36,262 bases of DNA from Paraglomus brasilianum. Lineage: Eukaryota. The stretch lies in assembly GCA_910592345.1 (NCBI GenBank), contig CAJVPI010000298.1, positions 1 through 36,262 on the forward strand. Direction: 5' to 3'. A program made the translations under genes and the position numbers. Below the pieces are notes generated by a model. It searched no databases. It was not told where the DNA came from and saw nothing but the letters and a program-made list of their open reading frames with translations. Positions 34,787 to 36,262 of the stretch are shown here, in pieces (position 1 is the first letter of the stretch; the number at the start of each line of letters is the position of its first letter).

Positions 34787-35900
34787 AATAATTGTCGCAA
34801 ATAGTTCCTGAAGAGAATATTATTTATGAAGTTTCCGACAATGACCACGAACTTGTATATCTCTTTAAGGTTACTGATCAAGCAATTACGGATAGATGAT
34901 AGCGAGGAAAGTCCTGTTATTAGCAAATCGCTAGCTTGGAAATAGTACGTGCCTTTCTTTTACAACAGGACACTGCGGAAAAATATATACAAAATATTGA
35001 GAAGTTTGTCGAAGTCAGGAAAACAAGCTCAATACGTCAATAAAGAGAAAGTACTAGTCACTATTCCGTGTAACAGTTTTATGGTTTTCTATTCGCTGTT
35101 CTATAGCGTGATCGTATGAGTAGCATATAATTGGTTAAGTGTTGTGCTCGCAATAATAACGAAAGATAATCCACATGATGAAAATTTCAATGATCATTCA
35201 ATGCTTAACTTTCGTCCGTTCTGTTTGTTGCATGTTGTGCTATCAGTAAGGATATGATAAGCACGCAACATCAGTATTATAAAAGTAATTTTAGAGCAAT
35301 AACGGTAGTGATAAACAAATACATACATTAATGACCACTCAATTCAAGTAGAAGAAATGAATGAGAGAACAACCAGCATGAGAAAAAGAACAATCCTAAA
35401 AATTGAAGTAACATGTATATCAGTCACAATACCAGCGCAAGCAATAAGATAAATCTACCTCTACTGCCATTCGGATGAAACATAAGCGACAGCAAACTTC
35501 ATATCATTTCCAAGATCACAGCTTGCATCTAGTAAATAAATATAGCTAATAGTAGTGAGGTTAGTAGGCAACGACATCTTACATCACCCTTCCCCCTTCG
35601 TTCAGACATCTGATTACATATACAATTGTATTATCCCATCAGCCAAGAGTTCTATTGGATCATACGTGCATGTAAACCCCATAAAATATATATATTCTTG
35701 TAAATCTTGTCGAGTACAATTCGATCAGTAAATAGACAATGATTCATCAGTGAGTAATGATATAGCACACCTGGAATTACAGGGCATGTGTATGTATGAA
35801 CCGTTGCATCTACTACCAGTAGTCACTGGGCATTTCGTTGACTTGCATATTCTATGATTCCAACTCCAGCAACACAAACATACAAGATATAATAATAAGG
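34787..35900 (-). pseudogene. Decayed multi-pass membrane protein gene, tentatively BK/Slo-like cation channel
   Basis: Colinear fragments LIIISCIFVCVAGVGIIEY (S5-like), IYLIACAGIVTDIHVTSILG / RIVLFLMLVVLSFISS (pore/S6-like) and KFVVIVGNFINNILFRNYLRQLF (RCK start-like), separated by stops, frameshifts and intron-like sequence. Confidence 0.3.
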
Positions 35901-36095
35901 TGGCATGTGATAAGAGTATTTTAATGAGGTAATATGCTCACGAGACACCAGCGAATATTGCAAGTTCGCATCACGAGATTACCAAAAAATTTGATCACGT
36001 CATGGTGATATCACCACATGTCAGCAATATTAAATATCCAAACCCATATATTCCACAAATTCAGATATTTTTTAAAAACACAAGTTTCTGTAAAA

Positions 36096-36262
36096 TTTGA
36101 AATGCAAAAGTATTGTTATCCCAGAAAGAAGTTGGCTTATTTTGAAATGCAAAAGTATCATTATCCCAGATGGGAGTTAACTCACCTTGGAGTACAAAAA
36201 TGTTGCTATCCCAGAAACAGGTTGACTCACTTTGGAATGCAAAAGTATCAATATCCCAAAAA
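36096..36262. repeat. 45-bp tandem repeat (at least 3.7 copies, runs off window end)
   Basis: Units start at 36096, 36141, 36186 and 36231; consensus approximately TTTGRAATGCAAAAGTATYRYTATCCCAGAANNAGTTRACTCAC. Confidence 0.88.

Noticed and set aside
35715..35755. Hammerhead-like CTGATGA-stem-CGAA on the minus strand
   Set aside because: It has CGAAT rather than GAAA, and no stems I/III or cleavage triplet are evident.

Overview
AT-rich eukaryotic genomic DNA with short GT-AG introns, most consistent with an early-diverging fungus. The HxDLHSGN-type tyrosine-kinase-like gene and the repeat families suggest Glomeromycota (inference). A central block has five spliced + strand genes: an ArAE/FUSC-type membrane protein, a TKL kinase with tandem degenerate kinase N-lobe modules, a UCH/YUH1-family deubiquitinase, a GRAM+VASt (LAM/Ltc) sterol-transfer protein and a Pro/Ser/Thr-rich single-pass membrane protein. 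A - strand coiled-coil gene of unknown function lies near the right end. Both flanks (1-4850 and about 30300-36262) are nests of Tc1/pogo elements, MITEs, a probable LTR relic, pseudogenes and a 45-bp tandem repeat. The most notable items are: (i) a pogo element that has lost its DDE domain in frame but keeps an intact spliced CENP-B-like ORF behind an E-box + TCATACGAT array, a module shared with a different pogo-type MITE that abuts a host start codon; (ii) the kinase built from three N-lobe/Cys-motif repeats with conserved intron position. Gene models were spliced by eye and family calls come from motif recognition, not database searches.
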